From: the human T2T-CHM13v2.0 reference genome, Homo sapiens
NCBI RefSeq assembly: GCF_009914755.1
Contig: NC_060926.1
Length of the DNA stretch: 64,000 nucleotides
Direction: 5' to 3' (one strand)
Shown: positions 17,231-40,173 of the stretch, piece after piece
Numbering within the stretch: position 1 is the first letter of the stretch
Layout: every line of letters begins with the position of its first letter
Position numbers and translations under genes: made by a program
The notes under the pieces: model-generated
What the model was told of the DNA's origin: nothing
What the model saw: the letters and a program-made list of their open reading frames with translations, nothing else
Database searches by the model: none

Positions 17231-17864
<634 letters not shown>

Positions 17865-18382
17865 TGATTTTTTTTTTTTTTTTAATAATTTCCTCTTTTC
17901 TCTTACTCTATGAAGAAATTCGGTGGCTGGAAATAAATAAAAAATTCTGAATAAGGCATTGTTTTATCTTGAGGTTAAAAAAATTGTTCTTCAGCTAAAA
18001 GACATATAATATCTGCAAGCCAAAAAGGAAAAACAGTAAGCTCAAATATTTAAAATGAAAATCTTCTTCAAATACCAAGCTGTGAAAGCATGTTTTTCAT
18101 CCATTTAATAAAATACTTATTCCTTTAATATAGAAAGAATTCTAACAAACCAGTGAGACATACATATATGTATGTTTATATGTATATGTGTAGCAAATAT
18201 TTAAATACCATAAGAAATATTAACAGTGGTTATTTCTGAAAAGTGGGACAGGGGTGTGAAGAAGAGGGAGTTCTTTTGCTTTTCATTTTATATTTTTTGT
18301 CTGGCTTGAAAATTTTACTTATAAGTGTGTACACTATTAAAATTTTTAAAACTAGTTTAAAAGATACATTACCCAAGAGTTG

Positions 18383-18746
<364 letters not shown>

Positions 18747-19252
18747 TTAAGAAAGGGCTTTTCTGGAAGGGATTCATCTCAGGACCTGGGGCCCTACTAA
18801 AACATGGGCATTTGTTCTTTTGACACTCCTAGGCTCGCAAGCATCAATCAGCCTATAGAAAGGTCTGGTCCCCAGAACTGAGCCTTTGATCACTATAGAC
18901 AGGGCACAGAGATTTGAGAACCGTCACCTAAGGACTATTCGCTTACTACCTACTGCCAATTCACTAAATAAAAATTGTTACTGAATCTCTGCTGCCTGCG
19001 AAGTACTTTATATACATGTGAGAAATACTAAGGAAATAAAAGATATGCTTCCATCAAGAATCGAAAAATCTTCATTGGTTGTGGAAGAAAATATATACGG
19101 AACAAAATTATATTTAAAAATAAGATACCAATGAGTAATCTTTAGAGGTAGGTTTTCCTTACATAGGGTCCATTGATGAGGCTTGCAGGGGGTGTCTATA
19201 AACCCCTATTTCAGAGATCTTTTTGTGTGTGTGTGATTAAGTTTAAAGTCTA

Positions 19253-19255
<3 letters not shown>

Positions 19256-19297
<42 letters not shown>
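19256..19297. repeat. (TG)n microsatellite, ~21 units
   Basis: Read directly. Confidence 0.95.
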
Positions 19298-19298
<1 letters not shown>

Positions 19299-19414
19299 TT
19301 TTTGGAGTTGTTACTGTTTTTTCATTGTTGTTTTGTTTTGCTCTCTAAAACTTGCTGCTTCCAAACACGTATAAAAAATGACCTCATTTTTCAAATTCTT
19401 CAAAAAATTCTTCA

Positions 19415-19884
<470 letters not shown>

Positions 19885-20929
19885 TCAATCAGTTCCTAAA
19901 GCAGTTGCTATGATAAGGTTACATTTCTAATTAATCAGATATAAGGGACAGAGAAGACAGTTTGCCTCTGAAATCTGAATAAATCCTAAGTCTCATGTAG
20001 TCCAGTCTATTCAGAGATTCAATTTAAAAATGCATGGTACAACAGCCAAACTAAATAAAAATAAAATTTAAATTGTTACTTGTTTCCTGATGCAAACCCA
20101 ATCATAAGTCAGTATATCAGTTCTCAAAGTTCCCTTCCCCGTTTTCTACCTTACAGCCTTCCAGCATATCTAACATCTCTCATTCAACAAAACTCTAAAA
20201 TATCCCAGAATCCCAGACACCCACCCTGTACCACTTTTCTGATTCTCTCCCCGCTCAGCTTTTATTCTGTTGATCAGAGAAGTCTCTCTGACTTCTTAAA
20301 TTTTCTCTTCACTTTGCACATTACAGCTGAGAGCCCAGAGCTGGAAGAACAAAGAGCCCTCCTCCCTTTCTCCTTTCTTTCCAACCCTGTCCATCTCCGA
20401 CCATTCTCTGAATTCCACCACAAATAAATCAGGAATCAGATGGATAGGGGAGGAGCAGGGGAGACTTTAAGCAGGAAAAAAGAAAATTATTATTACTGAG
20501 AGAGGGATCAAGGATAGAAACATTTGGGATACAGAAATTAATACAAACTTTCTCCTCAACATGCTTATTTGCATCAACAGAGTAACAGCCAATTAACTTG
20601 TGGATAGTATTTTTCAAATGCTGAAAAGATAATAATAGCTAGTATTTATTTGGGGTTTACTCCATGCTAAGCACTGTTCTAACCTTTTAACATGAATAAT
20701 CTCAGTTAATCACCCCAACAAGCTTAAGAGGTAGATATCATTATTCTTCCATTTTGCAGAGGAGGAAACTAAGGCACAGAGAGTTTAAGTATCTTGCCTG
20801 ATGTCCCATAGCTGGTAAGCAGTCGGCTCTAGATTCAAACCCAGAGCACCTGACTCCAAAGGCTAGACTTTTAACCACGGTATCAGGAAAGTACTCCCAA
20901 AATAGCTGGTATCAGTTTGGTCCAATTTA

Positions 20930-21133
<204 letters not shown>

Positions 21134-21159
21134 TTAATTTCATTTCACTAATTAATTAT

Positions 21160-21748
<589 letters not shown>

Positions 21749-21961
21749 CACTCACAGTTTTAGATCCTTTGCTTTTGGAGTGCTTTGCTCCCATCACCAA
21801 AGCATCTGAGAAACAAGACTTCCTTGATTTCAGTAATGGAGGGAAATCAAGCCCTAAGAGCCCCTGGTTCTTTTAAATTCAACCAGACACAGAAATCTAA
21901 TTCCCATTACAATTTTGACCTTACCTGGTGAGCCTACTTCCTAATTTCCTAGTTTGACTTA

Positions 21962-22147
<186 letters not shown>

Positions 22148-22529
22148 TCACAGCATTTGGCCTATTTAATCAACTCAGAATCCTTGAGTCCAATTGTTGA
22201 GTACTGTCCAACGGACACACTGTCCACAGTCCATTGATGGGGCACGTGAAGTATATGAACGTGAACTTGCACACATGGCCTTTTGTTCCCGTACTTGGTT
22301 CCCATTTCCTAGAATGCCCTGTCATGCACAGACACTCTTCACATAGTTCCCTTTATAGCCATTTCCTCCTTTTCTGCCTAGAGGCACCTACCTCTCTTTT
22401 ATCATGTAGCTCAAATATGACCCCTTCCGAGAAATGTATCCTGATGTCCTCCCACACCCAGTCTCCCTTGCTGGCACAGTTCCCCCTGCCTACCCAATGC
22501 AGAATTGTTGGTTCACTCATCTGGCCCAA

Positions 22530-24246
<1,717 letters not shown>

Positions 24247-24998
24247 AATTCCTCATGATTAAGATCTGTCAATATTGAACTTTTGTTTAAAACATAGGTC
24301 CCTCCCCTTATCATGAAAACATTTTAAAATTTCTGCACAATTCGGTCTGAGTCAGCATCCTCCAAAAAGAGAAGATGCTTGGCAAATTACTGGAGTAAGT
24401 GTGAGAGGGTGGAAGCCAGGCCTATCACGAAGGGACCAGGTTGCTATCAGGAGGAAGGAGGGTGGTCATCCCGAGTGGGGGCGAACTTGGAAATAACAGC
24501 ACTAATATGGAAGGTCCCCTGGTGCCACCATCGTGTGCTCGATACGTGCAGTCTCACTGAGTCCTCAGAGTGATCAGGTGTGTTTGGGTAAGTGTAATCA
24601 TGCCTGTTTAGACATGCCTATTTACATATGGGGAAATTGGGAATCAGAGAGAAATAACTTATCCGAAGACACACAGCTAGCAAGTGACAAAGCTGGGACT
24701 GGACATCAGTCTGTTTGCCTGTGACATGCCCTGGACTTGGATGTCAGTTAGGATGGACTCGAATGATAGCCAGTCAGACGCCGGGGTCCGGCTGCATGAA
24801 GAAAGAAGGAAAGCAGAGGTTCTAGTGCTGTCTGACCACCTGCCTTTGTCTCTTTCCTCTTTCTGATGTGCTCATTTCCACTCTCTCTGTCTCCCTCTTT
24901 CTCCATCAAATGGAGCTGAAGAATATTTTTATTTTTGTTCGATTTGTTGAAGGAAGATTTATGTTCTCTTTTCTTCAGGTTAAAATCGAATAAGACAT

Positions 24999-25302
24999 GG
25001 TCGGGCGCGGTGGCTCAGCCTGTAATCCCAGCTCTTTTGGAGGCCGAGGGGGGTGGGTGGATCAGTTGAGGTCAGGAGTTCAAAACCAGCCCTGCCAACG
25101 TGGCAAAACCTCGTCTCTATTAAAAATTCAAAAAAAGTAGCCGTGCGCAGTGGCGCGCACCTGTAATTCCAGCTACTCGGGAGGCTGAGGCGAGAGAATC
25201 ACTTGAACCCCGGGGGGGGGGGGCGGAGGTTGCAGTGAGCCAAGATCACACCACTGCACTCAAGCCTGCGTGACAGAGTGAGACTCTGTCTTAAAAAAAA
25301 AA
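24999..25302 (+). mobile_element. AluS with an expanded G run at ~25212-25223
   Basis: Alu consensus; TSD resembling gaataagacat/gagtaagacat. Confidence 0.88.
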
Positions 25303-25502
25303 TGAGTAAGACATTTTATATTTATCCGGGGCTAGTTGTCAATAACTCTCACTTGCGTAAGGTCTTTAGTTGAATTTTTTCTATGAGTCCAGAATCCTCA
25401 GCAGAAAAAAGCTCCCAATCAGCAAAAAGCAGTTCCCTCTCAGGAGGGAGAACCCGAGGCTAACAGAGTAGGTGAGCAATCCCGCGCCTATGACTCCTTT
25501 CT

Positions 25503-25520
25503 ACCATCAGGTGGCAGCAC
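25503..25520 (+). promoter_or_regulatory. CTCF motif candidate ACCATCAGGTGGCAGCAC
   Basis: Close match to the CCASYAGRKGGCRS core, in unique sequence carrying several CpGs. Confidence 0.45.
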
Positions 25521-26116
25521 ATAATCCCGGAGAAAGCCATCCAGCCTAGCACAGTACCCATATTGTGTCATGCGGCCAATTCCAGTTGCAGGAAATTCTT
25601 CATAATCTGATTAGTATTCAACAGAGTTTTAAGCTTTTGCTTGGGAAGGATTTTAGCTGTTGCTTAGGAGACATTTTATCGGAAGGAATCATTCAGATAT
25701 ATGTAGCAATTAAAGAAGAATCTCTTGCAATATCGTTTTTTTTTTTAAAAAACTCTAGTTAAAACCATTTTTTGAAATTATGTTAAATTCCAAAAGACTC
25801 TTTTAAAATAGGTTTACCGTTCAGTCTTTGAAATGCTACATTGCTATCGAGAGGTCCTGCTAATGCCTAATTCAAAATGTGGCAAAAGTCCCTGTGTGCA
25901 GCTGATGTGTAGCTCCAAGAGTAAGGCCTGAACTGGCGTTCTGGAGGCGGGGAGCTTGTGAGGCTCACGGGGCAGATCCTCAGGCTCTTAGACTCTTGTA
26001 TTGGTAATTCAAATTACGCCCTCTGTGATCACTGGTTGTCCAAAAGAGGCAAAGTTTACATTGTGTTAATAATACACGTGGATGCTTGATTAGCTATTTA
26101 ATTTTTGAATATTTAG

Positions 26117-26590
<474 letters not shown>

Positions 26591-26844
26591 GAACTTTAAT
26601 TAAAGCTATTATTTGGAGGTTACCATGGGCCAAACACTAAGGGCTTCACTGATTCTAACTTACTTCATTCCCACGACAACCCCATCTTTGCGTCCCTGTT
26701 TTTACAAATGAAATTGAGAATTACAGAGGTTAGAACATTTGCCCAGAATTATTCTGCTTGTAAGTGTGGAGCTGGGATTCAAACCCAGGAGGCCAGGCTT
26801 TGGAATCCTAGTGCTTAACATTACACAACCTGCCTCTCAGATAA

Positions 26845-27335
26845 TATATCTATATATATACTATATATACATATGTATACATAGGTGTATATATATACAT
26901 ATCTGTGTATACATATCTGTATACATATGTATACATATCTGTATACATATGTATACAGATATGTATACATATGTATACATATCTGTATACATATGTATAC
27001 AGATCTGTATACATATGTATACAGATATGTATACATATGTATACAGATATGTATACATATGTATACAGATCTGTATACATATGTATACAGATATACAGAA
27101 ATGTATATGTATACATATATACATATATACAGATACATATATACAGATATAGTACACATATATACTATATACATATGTATACATATACGTATATAGATAA
27201 TGTATACATATATAGTAGTATAGTAATCAATGGCTCGATTTTATATATATACATACATATATATTATATATAGTGTGTGCATATATATGTGTATATGTAA
27301 TATACATTATATTATATATTATAATATATATAATC
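26845..27335. repeat. AT-rich minisatellite of 10/12-nt GTATACA(T/G)AT-type units containing a long palindrome
   Basis: Read directly; explains the six spurious Y/I/C/H/M-rich ORFs. Confidence 0.95.
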
Positions 27336-27377
27336 GAGCCATCATTCACATCACATAGCAATAAACAAAATACAAGC

Positions 27378-30580
<3,203 letters not shown>

Positions 30581-30837
30581 AAACCACAACAGAGTAAAGT
30601 TTTGCCCCCAAGCCTGGTACTCATTGCTGCCCCTTCTCAGCCGTACACAAGATACATTTGTTATTACTGCATGGTCTTTTACATATGAAAGGCATTTCAC
30701 ACACGTTATTCAAGTAAGAAATGGTTATGTCTGGTTTTGTACATTTTGATGTAAAACTGTTATTTCATAATTGATGTCTGAAAATACAACATTATACATT
30801 TATACACTAAATAAATTATCTCTAAAAATCCCTTCTA

Positions 30838-30936
<99 letters not shown>

Positions 30937-31286
30937 TTAAACAACAACAGCAATAACAAAGTATGATCATACCATGGCTTTTCTTTTATTATAAAACAAA
31001 GCTAATATAGCTCCAGTATGTCTAAAACTGTGCTTGGGTATCATAAGTATTAAATACAGTAAATAACTTCTGATCAATGGATAAATCAGTTTTCCAGATA
31101 CCAATTAGTTGTGTCTCTCATTCTTTTCTTTTTTCTTTGCCTCTTAAATAAATGTTTTCACATACAGTGTAGAAGTTAGTCTTTTTATTACTTTAAAAAA
31201 CGAAACATTTACTATCAATAACTCCTAAACATTTAGAAACATTGGTTGAAAAATAATGTAAATATTCATTACTGTAAAAATGCTCA

Positions 31287-31454
<168 letters not shown>

Positions 31455-32529
31455 TTATTCTTGTTCTTTTTGATGCCTGCTAAGGTTGTGATGATAATCG
31501 ATAAGTAATCTGCAATGGCTGTGTGCTATCTGCTTATTTATATTAATAAAATTGATGTGATTGTTCCTCCATCGGTGAAATCCACACTTTGAATTTTTAA
31601 TCTTCCAATAATGGTGATGAATTTGGCCTCATCTATCCATGTTTTCACAGCAATCAAAGATTGGCAGACTGGCCACTGTGGTGGATGTTGATGGTTTTGC
31701 AAACCATTATCCTTTCCCTTTCTTGTGACAATTTGCTTTGGGGGAACTACCTAACCCCACTGTAAGCCTATATGCTTCTAGGGAAGCTGACTACACCCCT
31801 AGATTCCAAAGATGAAAAACACACTGTGGACTGAGCTGTCAGCGTATTCCACCTCCCCTGCGCTGCCACTGTCCAACCCTAGACAAGCCAGGTAACAGCC
31901 ACTGAGACACAATTGGGTGATTAAAAAAAAATATATCCACCCTTCCCCGATAATGAAATGGGCTGAAACTAGGAATGGTGTTCACCCTGAGGAAATGGAG
32001 TCAGGAGGTAGATCCAGATGACATTGTTTGAGTTTTGAATTAAACCATGCCTAACACAGTCCTACCCATGGACTTTTCAGATACAAGGGCAATAAAATCT
32101 ACTCCCCAGCTTTTTTGCTTAAGGCTGTTCAAATTGGATTTTCAATTGGATTTTCAAATTGGTCATTACAGCTAAACCCTAACTGTTACAACTCTCTAGG
32201 ATCAGGTGTGTAGTCCAGAGCCATTGAGTAGAAAAAAAATAACAGGCCTCCAGAATAAGCTATTTGATCCTGTCCTCATTAGTTCTGTGTTCTTACCAAT
32301 TGAGTGAGTCTGCCTGAACACTCCCTATACATGACAGAAAATGCTGGTAATCCCAGAAAGAAAATTATTCTGCGCTTCAAACAGCTCAGCTCAGATACAT
32401 GTCTGCCTAAATGCTTAAGAATTTGTTTGGTAGTCCTTAGGAAAAGGTTACAGTCTTTACCCATAGAACTGACTGTTTTAAATCATGGCATGTACATAGT
32501 AAAGCAGTCATGTTTCTAAGACAGAGCAT

Positions 32530-32817
32530 TCTTTATTTTTGAGATGGAGTCTCACTCTGTTGCCCAGGCTGGAGTGAAGTGGCACAATCTTGGCTCACTG
32601 CAACCTCTGCCTCCTGGGTTCAAGTGATTCTCCTCTCCTGCCTCAGCCTCCTGAGTACAGGTGTGCGCCACCACGCTAGGCGAATTTTTGTATTTTTAAT
32701 AGAGGCGAGGTTTTACCATATTGTCCAGGTTGGTCTTGAACTCCTGGCTTCAAGTAATGAGTCTGCCTCAGCCTCCCAGAGTGCTGGGATTACAGGCCTG
32801 AGCCACCGCGCCCGGCC
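32530..32817 (-). mobile_element. AluS
   Basis: Alu consensus. Confidence 0.88.
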
Positions 32818-33080
32818 CCTTAAGACACAACATTCTGTGCAAGAAAGTCTTTCATCTCACTGAAGTCAATTAGTATAGAGATGCAAAACATGGAAACATG
32901 TAACTTCTTCAAGTTGGCAACTGTTCAGGTTCCTCAGGTGTCTCGTTGAAGAGGGATATTCACCCAGTAGTGTTTTCAAATCAAAGTGCCTCATGATGGA
33001 AGATGTTAGGGCTGGAACTTCCTCTATCATTAATCATAGGCACAAATTAAAGAGGAAAGCAACAAACCTACTTCAACTTA

Positions 33081-33200
<120 letters not shown>

Positions 33201-35014
33201 TTAGACATTGGCCGAAGTACTCCCTGGACCCAATGACAATGGGACTGCTAAGCCTATTCTAGTCTGTCATGTCCAAAATGGGAAGGATCATTAGCTTTAA
33301 TAACCTGATGCTCGGCCAGATTTTTTTTTTTTTTTCTGAGACCTCGCCTCACAGGGATGAATCAGCCAGAAATATTTTGGGATCTTGAGACATTAAATTT
33401 ATTTCCACTAGAGCAGTTATCTGATTTCTGTGATTTGGAAAAGAAAGATCAGTGAAGAATAATAAACTTGGAATCAGAAAATCTGGGCTCAAATCTAGGT
33501 ATTGCCAACAACTCACGGAATATTCTTAGGTGAGTAACTGATGCTTTCTGGGCCTCAGTTTCCCTAAATTTTAACATAGTAAAAGGTAAGGGTGGGGGAA
33601 CAGGGCTGCAGGGAACAATTTCTGATTCTGTGAGTAGAATGTCAGAAATGTGCTTCCAGGGGTACAGGGGCAGTGTGGTGGGAATTTGGAGGGATGGGCC
33701 GTTTTATGTCTACCTGGGGAGATAGCTAGAATCCCAAGAAGCTTCAGAGAGGGAAGCTGCATTGGAGCTGGGGCTTGTGGGATGAGAATGTCTACAGATG
33801 GGGAAGGAAATCACAGGTAGAGGAACTAGCATGAGGCAAGGACGGAGCGGGCGGGGAAGGGGGCAGACCTGAGTAAGTGACTTGCTGAGAGTTTCACACG
33901 CACGTATAGTAAAAAGCTGAGAACCAATGCGGAGGCTTATTTTTATCATGGTGACCACCTTTTCCTAGTAATTCCTAAGAGTTCTTGTTCAGTAAGCATA
34001 TTTACCATTTGTCTATCAAAATATTCCTTCTCTCCTTTCAGTCCCCACACACAGAAAACGGAAGATTGGTTTTGTTTTTAATTTTTGTAGAGGCGTTCTG
34101 AAGTTTTAACATTTTTAAACGGTGGAATTATTTCTTCCAGGGACTGAACCAAACTGAACAGTGAACCTAAATGAATAAATAAACAGGAAGAATGGGACCA
34201 TGACCAAATGTTGCAACCGGATCCAAAGTTTGATGCCTTGGCATCACTTGTTTGGTCATTTGAAATGCAAATTCCTAGGCCGCGGGGGCGCCCCCCTCAC
34301 CCCCGCCCCCCTTCACCTCCTGAATCAAAACAGCCTTGTAATACGACCTCATTAAAGTTTGAGAAGCACTGCTCTAATCTACTTAATTTCTCTGTTTAAT
34401 ATGTGTACACAGAGAATAAGGCTTAACTATTTCCTTAGCTCCAGGGTAGTTTTGAAAGCCAGTGAGCCTGGCTCTACTTTAGTCGGAGAAGAAGAGGAGA
34501 GGGGAGTGGAGGGAGAGAGTCTTTTTTATTAGTGTAAGGATAGTAAATGGGCAGTGAAAAAACTGAGGGTTTGCTAATTTCTTTTGAGTTAGATCTTTAT
34601 ATGGTTTCTTCCTCAATTTCTGTGACGTGAACTTTCAGATCCTGAGTCTGGGCTTCGAAATAAATAACACCAAGGATTTTTAGGGTTACTTAATTTATTT
34701 GGTTTTCTCTCACTAATGCAAATGGTAAAGAAATTATTTTGAGAACTACATGATAGCTAATTTTGTCAAACTCTTAACTCCACAGACGTAACATTTTGCC
34801 TGGCATTAATTTTGATTTTTAATCTTCTTTCCTAATAGCAAATAACTCTCATGATTTTTATTTTCTCATTCTCTTTGCTTTCTGGTTAGTGGGTTGAAAT
34901 GACCATATGAACAATCTCAGGGTGAGGGGAAGATGAGGAAGAGGACATTTGGGGGATGGGTGTCAATATTAGCCTTGTTTATTGTATAAATAAGATCCTT
35001 TTTCTGTCTCTTTA

Positions 35015-35308
<294 letters not shown>

Positions 35309-36063
35309 CTACAATGCTGCAGTTTAAAATGTCTAACCATAATTAACTGAAATAACATTTATCTAAAAATTAAACTCAATTGGAACAGAATTTACAGGAA
35401 AGCAAGGAATATGCTAAATACCCACACACAGAAATGGTTTTACAAGACCAAAAGGATTGAGACACACTGTTTAAAATAATCATTTGCTTCCCGTGTTAAA
35501 TTCAAGCAGCATGTCCAAAGTTGATACATTCCAGATATATAAAATTCTGTAGGTAAGTATTCTTTTGCCGTAAGGCTTTTTCTCTTTAGAATGCAAATAC
35601 CCTTAGGAGGAGGAATGCATAAAAACTTATTAGTGATTCCACTTTAGTTTATCCTTAGTGGATCCTTTCCTAACAGTGACTTTTAATAAAAGAAGGTAAA
35701 ATAAGCACCATGAGGAGAGAAGAGAGAAAGGTGCTACCCCGGGAATGTGACAGAGAAAAAATAGGTGCAGGAAAAGAAGGACTATGGCATCTCCCAGGTT
35801 GATTTTGGCACATCTCAATTTTACATAAGGTGGAGAATAAGTTTATTTCTGGCTTCTGAAAGCTTTTCTTCTGAGTCATTAAGCTTAACTAGATTGATAA
35901 AAATTCTTAAATTTCTGCCGAAATTTCAGGATACTTTAAAGTAGCCTAAATGTATTCTTTGGATATAAACTTGTATTTATATCACTTTTGAAATTCCAAT
36001 TATTTGGATGAGATATGTGGAAGAGTTGGCATTCCTGATCATGGTTTGTTCTTTACTATTCTA

Positions 36064-36325
<262 letters not shown>

Positions 36326-37057
36326 GTTTCTTCTAGTATTTCTTAAAGGCTTGTTAAAATAAAATTATCTTAGGAGGCCGAGAAAAGATATTTGATGGGG
36401 ATGGTGATAAGCTCTTTGATGAAAAGGCTATTACTGTTTTGTCTATAACACATATGACATAGAACATAATCTTTCTTTTTTCTTTTTATATGGTTTGTGA
36501 TCTTTCACCAACATTTGTTAAGTACAAGTCAAAGAAACACTGCCATGGGAGGAAAACATTTCTTTCACAGGAAACTTGATGTTTTCTGTGTTCGTTTTAA
36601 AAATGTTCAGATGTAAAGAAAAAGGAGATGAATTTCTTAGTTGATAAGGCTGACAATAAAAGAGGCAGAGCAGAGGCTGCAATTTAGATTCTGGGCCCTT
36701 TCAGGAATCTCTCTTATACCTTTTACCAGCAGGGCCAGCCCCTTTCAACGGTGTATCTTGCCTACACAGGCTGACTGGGACATAGGCTCAGCTCTCAGGC
36801 TCTAGAATGTGGATGCCTCGGATGTGCAGGCTGCCAGCAGAAACATCCTCCCAAGTGTTTCAGCATCCTGCCTCGCACCACAGGTGAGGCCTCCCTGGCA
36901 GGAAACCGAGAGAGGCCAGATCATCCTCTGGTTTTCTCCTACCATGCAGAAATAGATTCTTAGATTTTTACCCACTGCCAATACCCAAGCCATCTATGAC
37001 ATGAAATCCACCGAATGCCAAGTGTCATAAATGAAAGTTATTCTCAGTCATACTTAC

Positions 37058-37098
37058 AAGAGCTTTTTCATTTCCTTCTTTATGAGCCTTCTTTCCAT
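37058..37098 (-). CDS. C2orf80: C2orf80 first coding exon (exon 2; probable acceptor at 37173)
   Basis: ATG GAA AGA AGG CTC ATA AAG AAG GAA ATG AAA AAG CTC TT|GTAAGT = MERRLIKKEMKKL+TT. Upstream acceptor ...tgctgctgtag| at 37174/37173. Confidence 0.9.
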
Positions 37099-37849
37099 GT
37101 TAAAGGCTTAGCCAGCTGAGCAGGTATCTGCAGCTAACACTACACTTAGACCCAGCTTCTCTGAGTCTAGAGGCTACAGCAGCAAATCAGAGAGAATATG
37201 AGTTAGGGATGCTATCACTCCAAATACCAGTCATGGAGTCCTAGGCTCTGGAAGGGATCTGAGGGAGCACCTCATTCAGGCCTCTTACTCGGCAGGTTCA
37301 GGGTCAAAAAGCCACCTGGAGGCTCATGCACTGTACTTTTGTGTTTATTTGACACCTTTTATTCCTTCCAAATTTTTCCAACACTTATTTACTTAATTTA
37401 CTCTTCCTTGCAATAATCTAGCAAGTAAAACCAAAATGGTTTGTGTAATAGCTGATGAGACTATTCGGGCAGAACCATCCAAACTAGATGGATGTGATCC
37501 ATCTAGATCTGAATGTGTTTGGGTTTTTCTGTGAGCATTCAACTCCCAGTGAGTTCACCCTGGCTCAGTGGCTCATAATGGAGTTTTCCATAGAATCCAT
37601 CTACACTCTCCTATTGCCAGGAGATCCTTGAAAGAAAATATGGTTATGGGAAATATGTCTTCAATTCCCACCCCCACATTGAACCAGAAATTGAAGATCA
37701 GGTGATGGGGTCAAAAGGAGTCTGAAGTCACCAAAAAGGAGTCTATAGAAAATCATCACTATTGAATGGGGTACTCAGGGAGAGGTATAAATAGGGTATC
37801 AACTCTATTTGTGATGTTTTATTTATTTTTAAATTTATTTTATGGTTGG

Positions 37850-38195
37850 GCCTCTATGATCAAATAGTTGTTCAAACTTTATCCCGGATGTTTCTGGTGT
37901 TTTTTTTTTAATGAGATTATCATTTAAATCAGTGGACTTTGAAAGCAGATTGCCCTCTATCTGAGTGAGCCTTTTCCAATCAGTCGAAAGCCTTGATAGA
38001 ACAAAAGACTGACCTCCCCCATGCAAGAAGGAATCTGCCAGTAGGCAGCCTTTGGATTCAAACTGCAACTCTTCCCTGAGTCTGCTGGCAGCTGGCCTCC
38101 TCTATCAGATTTTGGACTGGCCAAGACTCCACAATCATGTGAGCCAATTCTGTAAAATCAAAATATTTGAAAGAGATGGTTAAGCCTATACTGCA

Positions 38196-38235
<40 letters not shown>

Positions 38236-38282
38236 CCACACACATCCTGTCAGTTCAATTTCTCTGAGGAACCCTAATACTC
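37850..38282 (+). mobile_element. MLT2 (ERVL) LTR with an internal (TG)n at ~38198-38232
   Basis: agcagattgccctc...atagaacaaaagactgacctcccc...tctctgaggaaccctaatac. Confidence 0.75.
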
Positions 38283-38534
38283 AAATATAACAAAATGTTA
38301 ATAGTTGTTGACTCTGGAATTCTAAGTCCATGGATGTTCATTATACTACCCTTTGTACTTTTAAAATTGTACGTATATTTAAATCACTACTCTAAAGATG
38401 ATTGGAAAACAAACTTTAGAAACGGTTTTTTGAAAATGGTACCATATAAACACTAAGCTTCACTTGATTCAGCTCTACCAACAGTAAGCAGAGAGCCAAC
38501 AGGATGGCGCTGATCTAAATGAATGCTTCCCTAG

Positions 38535-38923
<389 letters not shown>

Positions 38924-40058
38924 TGAAAGTGGGGAAGAAAGTAAGAGCATTTCACAGGAAATTGATTAAGTATCAAGACAATAATATTGCTCCCTACAGA
39001 GTCAATGGGGAGAGGATGCAGCAAGCCATAGAGGTGGCCCTATTGCCTAGAGAAGAGAGAGCACTGGACCCAGGAAAGCCACACTCATTGATGTGGCTGT
39101 GCGTCTTCTGCTTCCCAGCCTCAGGTGTTATCCGAAAAAGATGGGCCTGGTTAACATTGCCAAGAGCACTTCTTACCCTAACATTCTGTAACTCTATAAA
39201 GTCTGGCATGCATTAAAATTCTTCTGATTCAATAGTTTGGAAAAACATTTGTTGCTAGACTATTTGGCCTATCTCAATTCCTTGGCAGGGAGTAAGGCAC
39301 AGTTAGCATGTGCTTTAATCCATTCTTGTCTTGTAATTCTGAGAAAGCCCTTTGAGTTTCAGATTTACAAGTTATAATATTTGCATTGCTTCGTTGTTAT
39401 GACAGCTTCGTCTTAGATCATCCCTCATCCTCCCCATCCCCTGCCCCCACCACCGCCATTCAATATGGTATAATATGCAAAGGTTTCAGTCTTTAAAATA
39501 TGAGTATGTCCCACTCCCAAACCACTAAACTGTAGGTCAGAAGACCCTGTGAGGCCACCAACTAGCTGTGCACCTTGAACAAATTAATTTGCCTATGTTT
39601 TTTCATTTCTTCCTCTGTAAAACAAGCGTTGAATGATTGGAGAGGTCCCTTACAGCTGTGGAAGTCAGTGATTTATATGCATTTAGTAGCTACGCCTGGT
39701 CTAAAGAAGGCCATTTGCATGGATTCTAATTCAGCTAGATTTGAATTCTGCCAGTTATCCCTCTTCTCTGTCTATAGAGCTCTAAAGAAAACAAGACCGC
39801 TGTGTGTTTTGTGTGTGGCTGAAAGCACACACAAAAGAGGTACTGGAAAGATGTCAGCTGTCTCAGGCTTTAGCTGTTTCATAGAAACAATTCCCTAGAA
39901 GTCAGAGCCCCCAAATTCTATAGGAATATCATTTCCTGGAGAATATCTGCACATTCCATGCAGGTTCCCTGCTGCACACCTGCAATCGTGGTACAGGTCT
40001 CTCGGGCTGTTCTATTAAGTGCCTGCTCTTAACAAATTCCCCTTTGAGAATCGCTCAC

Positions 40059-40165
40059 CAACCGGAGACCGGTTCCAGTGCTTTTGTTCTTTCTCTGCTT
40101 CTGGAGGCATGCTGAAGCATCCGCGCATCTCAGACTGGTGCTCACAGACATCAGGAACACATGCT
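40059..40165 (-). other. C2orf80: Probable non-coding exon 1 of C2orf80
   Basis: Strong donor TG|GTGAGC at 40059/40058 in a locally CpG-enriched, non-repetitive patch next to promoter-type motifs. The 5' boundary is a guess. Confidence 0.5.
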
Positions 40166-40173
40166 TTTTCCTG

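Noticed and set aside
38495-38513. Other CTCF-like strings (here, ~48768 and ~62880)
   Set aside because: Each has an indel or mismatches in the core; not distinguishable from background.
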